From: an uncultured Gammaproteobacteria bacterium | GTDB lineage: Bacteria; Pseudomonadota; Gammaproteobacteria; Eutrophobiales; Eutrophobiaceae | Assembly (NCBI GenBank): GCA_938084745.1 | Contig: CALKEZ010000006.1 | Location: 195,007-259,006, forward strand | DNA length: 64,000 nt | Direction of reading: 5' to 3' | The notes under the pieces: generated by a model | Told to the model about the DNA's origin: nothing | What the model saw: the letters and a program-made list of their open reading frames with translations, nothing else | Databases searched by the model: none | Translations under genes and position numbers: made by a program | Shown here: piece after piece, positions 1 through 8,850 of the stretch | Position numbering within the stretch: the first letter of the stretch is position 1 | Layout of the letters: the number at the start of each line of letters is the position of its first letter

Positions 1-170
1 AAATAAGCGACGATAAGCGGTAGTCGTTCATCCTCGATAGCCCGAGCCTTTTGAGCGAGACAACCGACAGGAAGATGATATTTATGTATCGGTATAAGCT
101 CACACTCACCTTTCCCGATATTGATGAAGCCGCTATGAGTTACAACAAACGCTTATAAACGCTGAACAGA

Positions 171-1478
171 TTAACCTGTCATCTGGATAGGCTCGAAATA
201 ATCCTTTTCTTCTAGAAAGGAATCTTCCCTGGCGCAGACTTCTTTTACTGCTTGCTCGACTATATCAATCCCTTTATTCAGATTTTCCATACTAATAATC
301 AAGGGACACATGAATTTCACAACATGATCATCGGCACCACTGGTTTCAATTATCAATCCTTTTTGGAAAGCATTATGGGTAATTTTCCCAGCAATTTCGC
401 CACTGACACAATTAATTCCCTGGAACATGCCGCGTCCGCGAGTAGTGAAATTTCCTTCACCATATTTGTTAACAATTGATTGAAGTCTATTGGAGACAAA
501 TTTACCTTTCCGTTTTATTTCATCGGAAAAGTCATTGTCAGACCAGTAATAATCAATTGCCGCTTTTGCGGTAACGAAAGCAAAATTGTTTCCACGAAAC
601 GTACCGTTATGCTCACCGGGCTTCCAATGATCCAGCTCAGGTCGAAACAACACGACAGCAAAAGGCAAGCCGTAACCACCTAGAGATTTAGACATGGTCA
701 CAATATCTGGCGAAATACCGGCTTCTTCAAAACTGAAGTAATCACCAGTACGACCGCAACCGGCTTGTATATCGTCAACGATAAGCAGTACTTCGTGTTT
801 CTTGCAGACCGTCTCCAGGTTTTTTAACCATTCGTAACTGGCCGCATTAATACCGCCTTCACCCTGAACAGTTTCAACAATTACTCCGGCAGGTTTATCA
901 ATACCACTACTTGAGTCTGATAGCACCTTATCGAGATATGCCGTGGTGTCTATGTCATCACCCAAATAACCATCATAGGGCATGCGACTGGAACCATTGA
1001 GACTTACACCCGCTGCACCCCTGTGGTGAGAATTGCCTGTTGTTGCCAACGCGCCAAGACTCACGCCATGAAAACCATTAGTAAAAGAAATGATGTTTTC
1101 ACGACCCGTAACGTTACGCGCTAACTTTAATGCTGCTTCAACAGCATTGGTGCCAGTGGGTCCCGTAAACTGCATGACATAATTCATACCACGCGGTTTA
1201 AGTATCTTTTCATTAAAAGTTTCCAGAAACTCACGCTTGGCCTTGGTGTGTAAATCCAGTCCATGGGTAATACCGTCTTCATGGATATATTCTAAAAGTT
1301 TTTCTTTGAAGAGCGGATTGTTGTGTCCATAATTCAGGGTGCCTGCCCCGGCAAGAAAATCAAGATATTGATTGCCTTCTTCATCGTAGAGCATCTCACC
1401 TTGTGCTTTATTAAAAACACGTGGGAACGCACGAGCATAAGATTGGACTTCCGATTCTATCTCATCAAAAATTTTCAT
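171..1478 (-). CDS. ectB: Diaminobutyrate--2-oxoglutarate transaminase (ectoine pathway, EctB)
   Basis: 435-aa ORF with class-III PLP aminotransferase regions ([36 protein letters not shown]). It lies directly downstream of an EctA-like gene. Confidence 0.9.
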   Translation of the reverse strand: MKIFDEIESEVQSYARAFPRVFNKAQGEMLYDEEGNQYLDFLAGAGTLNYGHNNPLFKEKLLEYIHEDGITHGLDLHTKAKREFLETFNEKILKPRGMNYVMQFTGPTGTNAVEAALKLARNVTGRENIISFTNGFHGVSLGALATTGNSHHRGAAGVSLNGSSRMPYDGYLGDDIDTTAYLDKVLSDSSSGIDKPAGVIVETVQGEGGINAASYEWLKNLETVCKKHEVLLIVDDIQAGCGRTGDYFSFEEAGISPDIVTMSKSLGGYGLPFAVVLFRPELDHWKPGEHNGTFRGNNFAFVTAKAAIDYYWSDNDFSDEIKRKGKFVSNRLQSIVNKYGEGNFTTRGRGMFQGINCVSGEIAGKITHNAFQKGLIIETSGADDHVVKFMCPLIISMENLNKGIDIVEQAVKEVCAREDSFLEEKDYFEPIQMTG

Positions 1479-1538
1479 AATAAATTCTCCTGAATTTCTT
1501 TTTCATTTGTTACTTTTCAATAACAACACTACAAATGA

Positions 1539-2033
1539 TTATTTGGCATTACCTGAGGTAAAAGGACCGATTCTTATCAAGTATTCAGAATCATGCTGTC
1601 CGTCAAAATGACGTTCATGATCGAATACCCGCGATTCCTGCATTCCTGCATTCAGGTCATCTGCCAAACGCTTGAATAATGACCGCGATGCTTGATTAGA
1701 CTCGGTAATGGTTGTTTCTATATTCGCTATGCGATTACATTGAGGACGTTGAAGTATGTGCTGTAACATCTTATTGGCGATCCCGAGACCGCGTCTTTCC
1801 TGATCAACTGCGACTTGCCAAATAAACAAGGTATCGATCCGTTCAGGGATGATATATCCCGAAATAAAACCGACTAACTCCCCGTCATACTCGGCTGCAA
1901 CTGAGGTCTTAGCAAAATGACTACATTGCAGCAAATTACAGTAAACAGAGTTTGGGTCTAACGGTGGACAATTCGCGACTAAACGAAACACCGACATTCC
2001 ATCCTCAGACATTGGTAAACGTAGTGTTAGCAT
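1539..2033 (-). CDS. ectA: L-2,4-diaminobutyrate acetyltransferase (EctA, GNAT fold)
   Basis: 164-aa ORF with an EctA-like pattern (LDPNSVYCNLLQCSHF, DTLFIWQVAVDQERRGLGIANKML, ETTITESNQAS, LIRIGPF). It sits 60 nt upstream of ectB on the same strand. Confidence 0.9.
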   Translation of the reverse strand: MLTLRLPMSEDGMSVFRLVANCPPLDPNSVYCNLLQCSHFAKTSVAAEYDGELVGFISGYIIPERIDTLFIWQVAVDQERRGLGIANKMLQHILQRPQCNRIANIETTITESNQASRSLFKRLADDLNAGMQESRVFDHERHFDGQHDSEYLIRIGPFTSGNAK

Positions 2034-2481
2034 AGAAATATACCGCTAGCTAAGCACCTGATAACTTTCACATCCATCATATTATTTAGAATACTAATTA
2101 ATTTAATCACTCAACTTACAGATATAAATAGCGCAATACCTATATTAAACCTGTGTTTTGTTTCAGTATTATTTAGTACCTGTTAATTATTTGCATAGTA
2201 CACTAAATATATAAAAAGTCCATGTTTTACAAGGGAATAAGTGTAAATCTCCCCGAAAGATAGCGAAAACCCCTTCAAATTGCTGATCCTTAGTAAAGAC
2301 CATTCTCTGCCCGGCAGACACAATAATAGAAAGGAATGAAGGACCGTATTCTTGAATGATGTCTCAGATCGAGGTTGTGTCAGGTTCATGCTGCGGCTGA
2401 TCCAACGCTATCTGTATCAATTTTATAATTTAAATAGTGAATCACGCTATAATCCAGACTGTTCAATAACCTTATAACGAA

Positions 2482-3000
2482 ATGACAGCGAACCGTATTG
2501 AAGAAGTACTCATTGCCCTGCGCCGGGTTATACGAGCGACTGATTTACATTCCAAACAATTAGTCAAAACAACCGGACTTACCGCCCCGCAAATCTTGTT
2601 GCTGCAAACTATTCGGGACAAAGGCGAAATCACTATTGGTGAAATCGCAAATAAAATGAGTCTTAGCCAGGCAACGGTGACCACCATCATCGATCGGTTA
2701 GAAAAACGTAAGCTCGTCTATCGTCAACGCTCGGAACAAGACAAACGTAAAGTGCATGCAAAATTAACGGATACGGCTACTGAAGTTTTAAAGAGCGCCC
2801 CTATTCCGCTACAAGATCGATTCTCACATCAATTTTCTGATCTTCAGGAATGGGAAAAAACCATGATAATTTCCGCATTACAACGCGTTGCCCAAATGAT
2901 GGATGCGCAGAATATCGACGCATCGCCCATGCTTGATGTAGGTATATTGGACAGGCAGGAAACATCCACAGAAATAACTAATAAAGAGGACGAGACATAA
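2482..3000 (+). CDS. ectR: MarR-family transcriptional regulator, EctR-like (divergent from ectAB)
   Basis: 172-aa ORF with a MarR winged-HTH core (LTAPQILLLQTIRDKGEITIGEIANKMSLSQATVTTIIDRLEKRKLVYRQRSEQDKRKV). It is divergently transcribed from ectA across a 448-bp AT-rich spacer, which is the arrangement known for EctR in halotolerant methylotrophs. Confidence 0.75.
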   Translation: MTANRIEEVLIALRRVIRATDLHSKQLVKTTGLTAPQILLLQTIRDKGEITIGEIANKMSLSQATVTTIIDRLEKRKLVYRQRSEQDKRKVHAKLTDTATEVLKSAPIPLQDRFSHQFSDLQEWEKTMIISALQRVAQMMDAQNIDASPMLDVGILDRQETSTEITNKEDET

Positions 3001-3499
3001 AGGAATGTTGTCTTTCATTTACAATCACAAATTCCATTGAAATAGTCGAGGCCTGATCCGGGCCCATCAAATACGGCAAGCGTTTGCTGATTTCCCAGAT
3101 ATAAAGACCTGACAATGGTCAGGACAATGCTTTTTCCCTGAATAAAGGTTCAAATCTGAACCTTTCCTCCGTTTATTGCTAAAAACCTAGCTATTTCAAG
3201 TAACTAGCAAACCCGCTTCATTCTTCAGTATGTCATTGAATCCTAAAGTATTTCATATCGATGCCGATAAAAACTTAACAAGACAGATTTCGGTTCGGGT
3301 TTAGTCCGTTCAGCAACAGCATAAGTAACGATATAAAGCCATATTTGCAGTGAAAAAGCGGTAAACTGTTTATTAATATGTTTTTTTTTGAGTAATAAAA
3401 AACAGCGATTGATTAGAAACAAGTTCATTAGTGAACCCTTTTCAGATTGCGAGTTAGATTTGAGTAACTAAATTTCATAACCAGTAAAGAACAAGGCCG

Positions 3500-3898
3500 A
3501 TGATAAAAATTGTTTATCGCGAAGGCGAGTTAGAAAATTTGTTAAGCGTTAGAAATAACTTCGTTGATTTAATAGAGCAGTACTCTGATAAATCGCATGA
3601 ACTTAACAGAAGCAAGATGCTAGGCAGTATTTTTGATACCGTTTTTTTTATTGGCATTTGCAATCTACGTGAGCAGATGCCTTCGGTAAAAGAAGTGTAT
3701 TTGAATGTGGGTGACTCAAGGAACAAGTCACTTAGAAACCTGGAATTGCTTGAAGAGATGAAAATTGTATCACGCCAGAATGACCAAGAGGATTCGCGCG
3801 TAAAACGGGTACGATTAACAGACAATTTTAGAAATGATTTTGAGATATTTGTAAAGCAATGGGTAGATTCAAGACAACCTGCTGTCGAATCTGCATAA
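3500..3898 (+). CDS. Small winged-helix (MarR-like) DNA-binding protein, unassigned family
   Basis: 132-aa ORF. The C-terminal half reads like an HTH plus wing (PSVKEVYLNVGDSRNKSLRNLELLEEMKIVSRQNDQEDSRVKRVRLT). It is co-directional with the two downstream paralogs and ends 46 nt before the first. The RBS is weak. Confidence 0.45.
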   Translation: MIKIVYREGELENLLSVRNNFVDLIEQYSDKSHELNRSKMLGSIFDTVFFIGICNLREQMPSVKEVYLNVGDSRNKSLRNLELLEEMKIVSRQNDQEDSRVKRVRLTDNFRNDFEIFVKQWVDSRQPAVESA

Positions 3899-3944
3899 AC
3901 GGAAATGAAGTGAACTACTATTTCAATTTATTGGAGATAACAAG

Positions 3945-4958
3945 ATGAATAACAATGTCGCTATAGATAATTTTATGGAAAGTGATGAACCGAGTACCTG
4001 GCTTGAGAGAGTCACTGAAACATTCCTCAAGAACAGGATTAAACGCGATTTGAAAGCAGCGACTAAAGTTCATCCCTGTATCATTAATAACCAGCGTGTA
4101 CTGGTTCATCAACATGGACTTGAATACAATAATCCGGAAGCCTATGAACAACTCAGGGCATATGCGGAAAAGAACTCTTTTGCAATAAAAGAAGACCAAC
4201 GCGTCAAAGGCAGCAAGATTATCAATTTTGAAAGACGTTTAGCCAATAGTCTCCCCCTATTGTTTCTGGCCAGCGGTATTTTTATGTCTGGTACAGCAGC
4301 TGCGGGCGATATTGGTGGCAAGAAATCCGGTATTAGTGTGATGTCCGATATTGAAGTGACCGGTACCTATGACCGTAATGATCGCGCTTATAGTCAGGAA
4401 GATGGCAAACGTTTTATCACCAACCCTTATGGCGAAACGGAGTCTATCCTTGCGGTCGCTGCAGAGACTAAAGCAAAAGGTAAGCTTAAACGCGTTAGTA
4501 CTCGCAAAATTAAAATGCCTTCTGGCTATGTCGGTGGCTTTATCAATAAGTATGAGCACACCTTTGCAAATGGCCAGACCTTTAGCTACTACGAGGGTGA
4601 CGGATTTGGTGCTCTCGGTTACCACGCGGGTGAAGGCAAGGTCGTGTTGGATGTACTCGTCGGTGGTGGTGCGTTTTCTGCGCCAAAACTGTGGGGACCT
4701 TATGATCAGTTGCTGGGAGATAAAGACAATTCGTCCATGCAGTTAATGATGGGTGATGGCAGTAAAGACGGCATGGGCCTTTTAAAAGCATCGTACGCGA
4801 TTGGTTACACTGCAGTCCTGGCTGAAGAAGATTACTCTAGCCTGGGTAACGCATACGGTACTGCTGTTAATGACACAGTAAGAGAAATGATTGCCAGTGG
4901 CAGCAACCCGAATATGAACCCTCGGCAACTGAAATCAGTGACGGCAAGATCTGATTAG
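3945..4958 (+). CDS. Bitopic membrane protein, paralog A (shared N-domain, TM helix, Gly-rich ectodomain)
   Basis: 337-aa ORF with a good RBS (GGAGATAACAAG before ATG). The N-terminal ~95 aa align to the next gene (VHPCII..LV.QHGLE..P..Y.QL.AYA......KED.R). A hydrophobic helix LPLLFLASGIFMSGTAAAG follows. The C-terminal domain matched no family I recognise. Confidence 0.6.
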   Translation: MNNNVAIDNFMESDEPSTWLERVTETFLKNRIKRDLKAATKVHPCIINNQRVLVHQHGLEYNNPEAYEQLRAYAEKNSFAIKEDQRVKGSKIINFERRLANSLPLLFLASGIFMSGTAAAGDIGGKKSGISVMSDIEVTGTYDRNDRAYSQEDGKRFITNPYGETESILAVAAETKAKGKLKRVSTRKIKMPSGYVGGFINKYEHTFANGQTFSYYEGDGFGALGYHAGEGKVVLDVLVGGGAFSAPKLWGPYDQLLGDKDNSSMQLMMGDGSKDGMGLLKASYAIGYTAVLAEEDYSSLGNAYGTAVNDTVREMIASGSNPNMNPRQLKSVTARSD

Positions 4959-4994
4959 TAATATGCAGCGCATGGACAAGGGAAGCTAATCATC

Positions 4995-5885
4995 ATGAAT
5001 GAAGTAACAAGTGTTTTAAAAGATCTTGGCCGAATCGAAGCACAAAAAAATCAAACCAACTGGATTGATCGGATAGTGCATTCACTGAAGCTAAAGAATA
5101 AACAGCAAGCGATGGTTCACCCTTGTATCATTGATGGACGCCATACACTAGTTTATGAGCATGGCCTGGAACAGAAAGCGCCGGATTCATTCCAACAAAT
5201 AGTTGCGTTTGCCAAGGCACAAGACTACCAGCTAAAGGAAGATCGGCGCTCTGACTTTCTGGAAGGTATTCAGCGTGTCAAGAATCGTCGACGTGCCAAT
5301 GTTGTATCGGTGATGATGTTAACCGCTGGTCTAATGTCGCAAACGGCACAGGCCAAATCGGATGATGCACATGATAATGAGATTTTTGTCAGCAGCGATG
5401 TAACAAGCACGCAAGCTACAGCTGGCTTTGATTTTGACATTGATGCTTACCACACTAAAGAAGAACTTGCTGCTGGGTTACTGGGCTGGATAAACAATCA
5501 TTCATCCTTTAGCTATGATATTAATAATATCCCGGATATTAAAAAAGTCTCTGCCAAGAAAATTGCTGAAGTCGCTTTTGGTGGAGAATTACCCAAGGCA
5601 GTCAACCCGGAGAGCTTAAAAATATTCGGCCTCTATAACTTTAATGAAAAGGCAGTTTATCTGCTCGATTCAATCGACCTTGATAGTAAGGAGGGCAAAG
5701 GCATTCTGTTGCATGAACTGGTTCATTATTTACAATACCAGACAGGGGTAGACAAAGACACACAGTGCAAGAATGAACTCGAATCTCTGGCCTATGTGCT
5801 GGAAGCGAAGTTTCTGGAATCTAATCACCACCGACACAATATTACCGCTTCACATATAGACAAGGTCAGTCAGTGCAGCATTTAA
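4995..5885 (+). CDS. Bitopic membrane protein, paralog B, with HExxH metallopeptidase-like ectodomain
   Basis: 296-aa ORF. It has the same N-domain as paralog A (MVHPCIIDGRHTLVYEHGLE...KEDRR), then a basic stretch plus TM (NRRRANVVSVMMLTAGLMSQTAQA). The C-terminal domain carries GILLHELVHYLQYQ, with HELVH at nt 5712-5726. Confidence 0.6.
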   Translation: MNEVTSVLKDLGRIEAQKNQTNWIDRIVHSLKLKNKQQAMVHPCIIDGRHTLVYEHGLEQKAPDSFQQIVAFAKAQDYQLKEDRRSDFLEGIQRVKNRRRANVVSVMMLTAGLMSQTAQAKSDDAHDNEIFVSSDVTSTQATAGFDFDIDAYHTKEELAAGLLGWINNHSSFSYDINNIPDIKKVSAKKIAEVAFGGELPKAVNPESLKIFGLYNFNEKAVYLLDSIDLDSKEGKGILLHELVHYLQYQTGVDKDTQCKNELESLAYVLEAKFLESNHHRHNITASHIDKVSQCSI

Positions 5886-5925
5886 CAACGCGAGCTTCTA
5901 AAGTCGCTGCCTGATTATTGTAGTT

Positions 5926-6156
5926 CTAGTCGCGGTTTTGCCACCATTCGAGAAATTCAGAAAAACTGACCATGCCCGTATGATTTTTATCAACCTTATC
6001 GAAGATATGTGTCTTTTTGGTCAAATCGATACTGCTGTCTAATTCATCTATCATCAGACAGAACTCATCCCAGCCAATGGTTTCATTTTCATCCGTATCG
6101 TATTTATCAAATCTTTTTCTGATAGCTGCTGTTTCATTTGCAGATAACTTTTTCAT
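5926..6156 (-). CDS. EF-hand calcium-binding protein (two loops)
   Basis: 76-aa ORF with two canonical 12-residue EF loops: DTDENETIGWDE and DKNHTGMVSFSE. Confidence 0.75.
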   Translation of the reverse strand: MKKLSANETAAIRKRFDKYDTDENETIGWDEFCLMIDELDSSIDLTKKTHIFDKVDKNHTGMVSFSEFLEWWQNRD

Positions 6157-6192
6157 TATACTCCCTTGTAATTGAAGGTTGAATTTTTGTAT

Positions 6193-6627
6193 TTATTGGC
6201 AAGCTTTAGGCAGGAGATCCCTGGACAAGTTACCACTACATGACCAGTCTAATTTATCATTTTTAACGCTTGGCTTTAAGATAATTTTTTTTCCATTAAT
6301 ATCCGCTGCAATATTCACCACGTCTTTATTAATAAAATAAACCGTTATCGCCCCGGGACCATCTACGCCAACATCAATATTCTTTACCAGCGATTTGCTG
6401 AAATCAATGTCGATTTTTTTACCTGACTTTTGCCAGTCCCCGACATCAGGCAGTACACCTTTCTCTTGCCAATACTCTTTAACGGCAATTTTGTATTTTA
6501 TCGCTGTAGACAATCCCTGTAAGACCTTGGCAGCATCAGTTAAATCAAGTTTTTTGGAATCCGTAAAAACAAAATTCCAGCTAAGAACAACCGCAAAGAG
6601 AATTAAAGCAATAAGTGTCTTGTTCAT
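6193..6627 (-). CDS. Pilin-domain protein lacking a prepilin (class III) leader
   Basis: 144-aa ORF. Its middle resembles the pilin alpha1-C region (IAVKEYWQEKGVLPD). Its C-terminus has a type IV pilin-like disulfide loop (WSCSGNLSRDLLPKACQ). The N-terminus is an ordinary signal or anchor (MNKTLIALILFAVVLSW) with no G/FTLIE motif. Confidence 0.6.
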   Translation of the reverse strand: MNKTLIALILFAVVLSWNFVFTDSKKLDLTDAAKVLQGLSTAIKYKIAVKEYWQEKGVLPDVGDWQKSGKKIDIDFSKSLVKNIDVGVDGPGAITVYFINKDVVNIAADINGKKIILKPSVKNDKLDWSCSGNLSRDLLPKACQ

Positions 6628-6630
6628 AAT

Positions 6631-7338
6631 TCACGCCTTTGCCATGGCAACCAGTGTTTTGCGTACCTCTCCTGCCGTAGTAACCGATTCATTAAAATTG
6701 ATGCGATGAATCCGTGCGCCAACCCGAAGATGAAACCCTTCGCTATCAATACCCACCATCGCTGGAACCGCTGATGCATCAAGGGGTATAGCAAAAACAT
6801 CACAATAATGCCGGATTGCTTCAAGATGATCGGCATTCATATGATCGAACATTTTTTTCTCTTCATCAAGACTGAATGGATTACTCAACAGAAAATCATC
6901 TTTTTCGATCCAGTAAATTTGACCAAAACCACCGATGAAACGAACACGAACAGGCTTGATACAATAAAAATTGAAATCGTGCGTCTGATGATAACCGCGT
7001 GATTGAGGAAAGAAGTTATAGTAGCGCTCGGCACTATCGGTATCATCCTTATCAAGCAGCTGCGCATCGCCAATGTAGGTAACGCGTCCAACAGTCTGTA
7101 GATCATCGGCCTCACCTTCGGTGACTGTTAATGATACCTTGGGGTCGGATAAGATATTTTTAGTATGCTGGGCGATGGTACTGATCAAAATTATCGGTAG
7201 ACCCGCTTCATTTAAACAATACGGCACTATCGAACCAAACGGATATCCCTCGACATCGACAGAATGTGTACTCAGAATCCCTTGATACTCTGATAATAAT
7301 AGTGCTCTTGCCTGCTTTTCTTTTATGTCTTTATTCAT
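6631..7338 (-). CDS. HugZ-family / pyridoxamine-5-phosphate-oxidase-like protein with DUF2470-type C-terminus
   Basis: 235-aa ORF with a PNPOx-like split barrel (GILSTHSVDVEGYPFGSIVPY, PKVSLTV) and a C-terminal MNADHLEAIRHYC motif typical of DUF2470. Confidence 0.8.
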   Translation of the reverse strand: MNKDIKEKQARALLLSEYQGILSTHSVDVEGYPFGSIVPYCLNEAGLPIILISTIAQHTKNILSDPKVSLTVTEGEADDLQTVGRVTYIGDAQLLDKDDTDSAERYYNFFPQSRGYHQTHDFNFYCIKPVRVRFIGGFGQIYWIEKDDFLLSNPFSLDEEKKMFDHMNADHLEAIRHYCDVFAIPLDASAVPAMVGIDSEGFHLRVGARIHRINFNESVTTAGEVRKTLVAMAKA

Positions 7339-7434
7339 AGAATGATGTTAACAGATATACCTAAAAGCCATATGATGAAAATCAGATAAACGACACGTAT
7401 AAAAAATCCAGTTCTGTAGATGTGGGTAATATAA

Positions 7435-8850
7435 ATGGGTCAAGAAATAGAATCTGATATTTTGTCACCGTATGATTTTAGCGTTTTTTCAAAAAACCTG
7501 AATGATGAAACCCGGCTACTGGCCGATTTTTTCGACAACAACACTTTTTCCAGTGAAGGGCCTGTCGGTGGTTATGAAATCGAGGCAATACTGGTCAACG
7601 GCGCTGGTCAGCCGGCATCGATAAACCAGGACTTTCTGGAAAAAATGAACAACCCCTTAGTCGTGCATGAACTCGCCGCATTTAATGTCGAGATTAACAG
7701 CCTGCCGGTTTACCTGAAAAATAATGCCTTAACACAGATGCAGACGAATCTTCAGGCAACATGGGATGCTTGTCGCGTGGTCGCACGCAATTCCTCAGCT
7801 GATTTAATGATGATCGGCATATTACCGACTCTGCAGGAAGAACAGTTAACGCTGGCAAACATGTCGCAACTCAACCGATATAAGGCATTAAACGAGCAAA
7901 TCTTCAAATTACGAAACGGGCAACCTATCAAGCTAGACATATCAGGCAAGGAAAAAATCAAGGCGACACACCACGACGTTATGTTTGAATCGGCCTGTAC
8001 CTCATTTCAACTTCATTTACAGGTGCCCTACTCCAGAGCCGTCGATTTTTACAATGTTTCGATCATGTTATCGGCACCTATTGTTGCAGCAACCGCAAAC
8101 TCGCCCTACTTGTTTGGTCATGAACTCTGGGATGAAACGCGTATCCCATTGTTTGAACAATCTGTTGAAATCGGTAGCGCTGATTATCGCCGAGTCACTT
8201 TTGGTAGCGGTTATGCACAACATACTCTGATGGAATGCTTTGATGAAAATCTCGCGCATTACCCGGTACTGCTACCATTGAAAGAGCAGGATAGAGACGA
8301 GCACTTAAGCCACTTAAGATTTCATAATGGTACCATCTGGCGCTGGAACCGACCGTTAATCGGTTTTGAAAATAAACAGGCGCCGCACATACGTATTGAA
8401 CATCGTGTCATCGCTGCAGGTCCGAGTGTGATAGACAGTATTGCTAATGCGGCCTTTTATTTTGGTCTGGCACATGCTTATGCCAATGAGGCAGAAAGTC
8501 TTCAGCAAGAACTCCCATTTCAAATAGCCAAGGAGAATTTTTATAACTGTGCTAAACATGGCCTTGATGCAGAACTGTTCTGGCCGGAGCATGGCAAAAC
8601 ATCAGTCAGAAACCTGCTCTTAGATAGATTGATACCGGCGGCGAGAGACGGGCTGAAGGCAATCAATATTAATGTCGATGAAATTGATAGATATATGACG
8701 ATTATTCAGGAACGCGTTAAGAGCCAGCAGAATGGTGCCAATTGGCAACGCCGGTGGGTTCATAGACACGGCAAAAATATGCAAGGCCTGACCTGTGCCT
8801 ATTTGCAACAACAAAACAGCGGCCTGCCAGTACATAAATGGGATGTATAA
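7435..8850 (+). CDS. Glutamate--cysteine-ligase family 2 (GCS2) type carboxylate-amine ligase
   Basis: 471-aa ORF with GCS2-like regions (GGYEIEAILV, TSFQLHLQV, ATANSPYLFGHELWDETRIPLFEQS). Confidence 0.75.
   Translation: MGQEIESDILSPYDFSVFSKNLNDETRLLADFFDNNTFSSEGPVGGYEIEAILVNGAGQPASINQDFLEKMNNPLVVHELAAFNVEINSLPVYLKNNALTQMQTNLQATWDACRVVARNSSADLMMIGILPTLQEEQLTLANMSQLNRYKALNEQIFKLRNGQPIKLDISGKEKIKATHHDVMFESACTSFQLHLQVPYSRAVDFYNVSIMLSAPIVAATANSPYLFGHELWDETRIPLFEQSVEIGSADYRRVTFGSGYAQHTLMECFDENLAHYPVLLPLKEQDRDEHLSHLRFHNGTIWRWNRPLIGFENKQAPHIRIEHRVIAAGPSVIDSIANAAFYFGLAHAYANEAESLQQELPFQIAKENFYNCAKHGLDAELFWPEHGKTSVRNLLLDRLIPAARDGLKAININVDEIDRYMTIIQERVKSQQNGANWQRRWVHRHGKNMQGLTCAYLQQQNSGLPVHKWDV

Noticed and set aside
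1-170. An expected ectC start directly after ectB.
   Set aside because: No frame gives an EctC-like N-terminus. The only frame open to the edge lacks ATG, GTG and TTG. The GTG-109 alternative is too short to judge, so no CDS was called.
2183-2690. ORFs 2183-2389 (-) and 2472-2690 (-) in and beside the ectA-ectR spacer.
   Set aside because: The first lies in AT-rich promoter DNA with no RBS. The second is antisense to the well-supported MarR-family gene.
4257-4791. ORFs 4257-4625 (-), 4369-4746 (+) and 4582-4791 (-) overlapping paralog A.
   Set aside because: They lie entirely within a longer ORF that has a good RBS and a conserved paralog. Their translations are Arg/Ser/Cys-rich and not protein-like.
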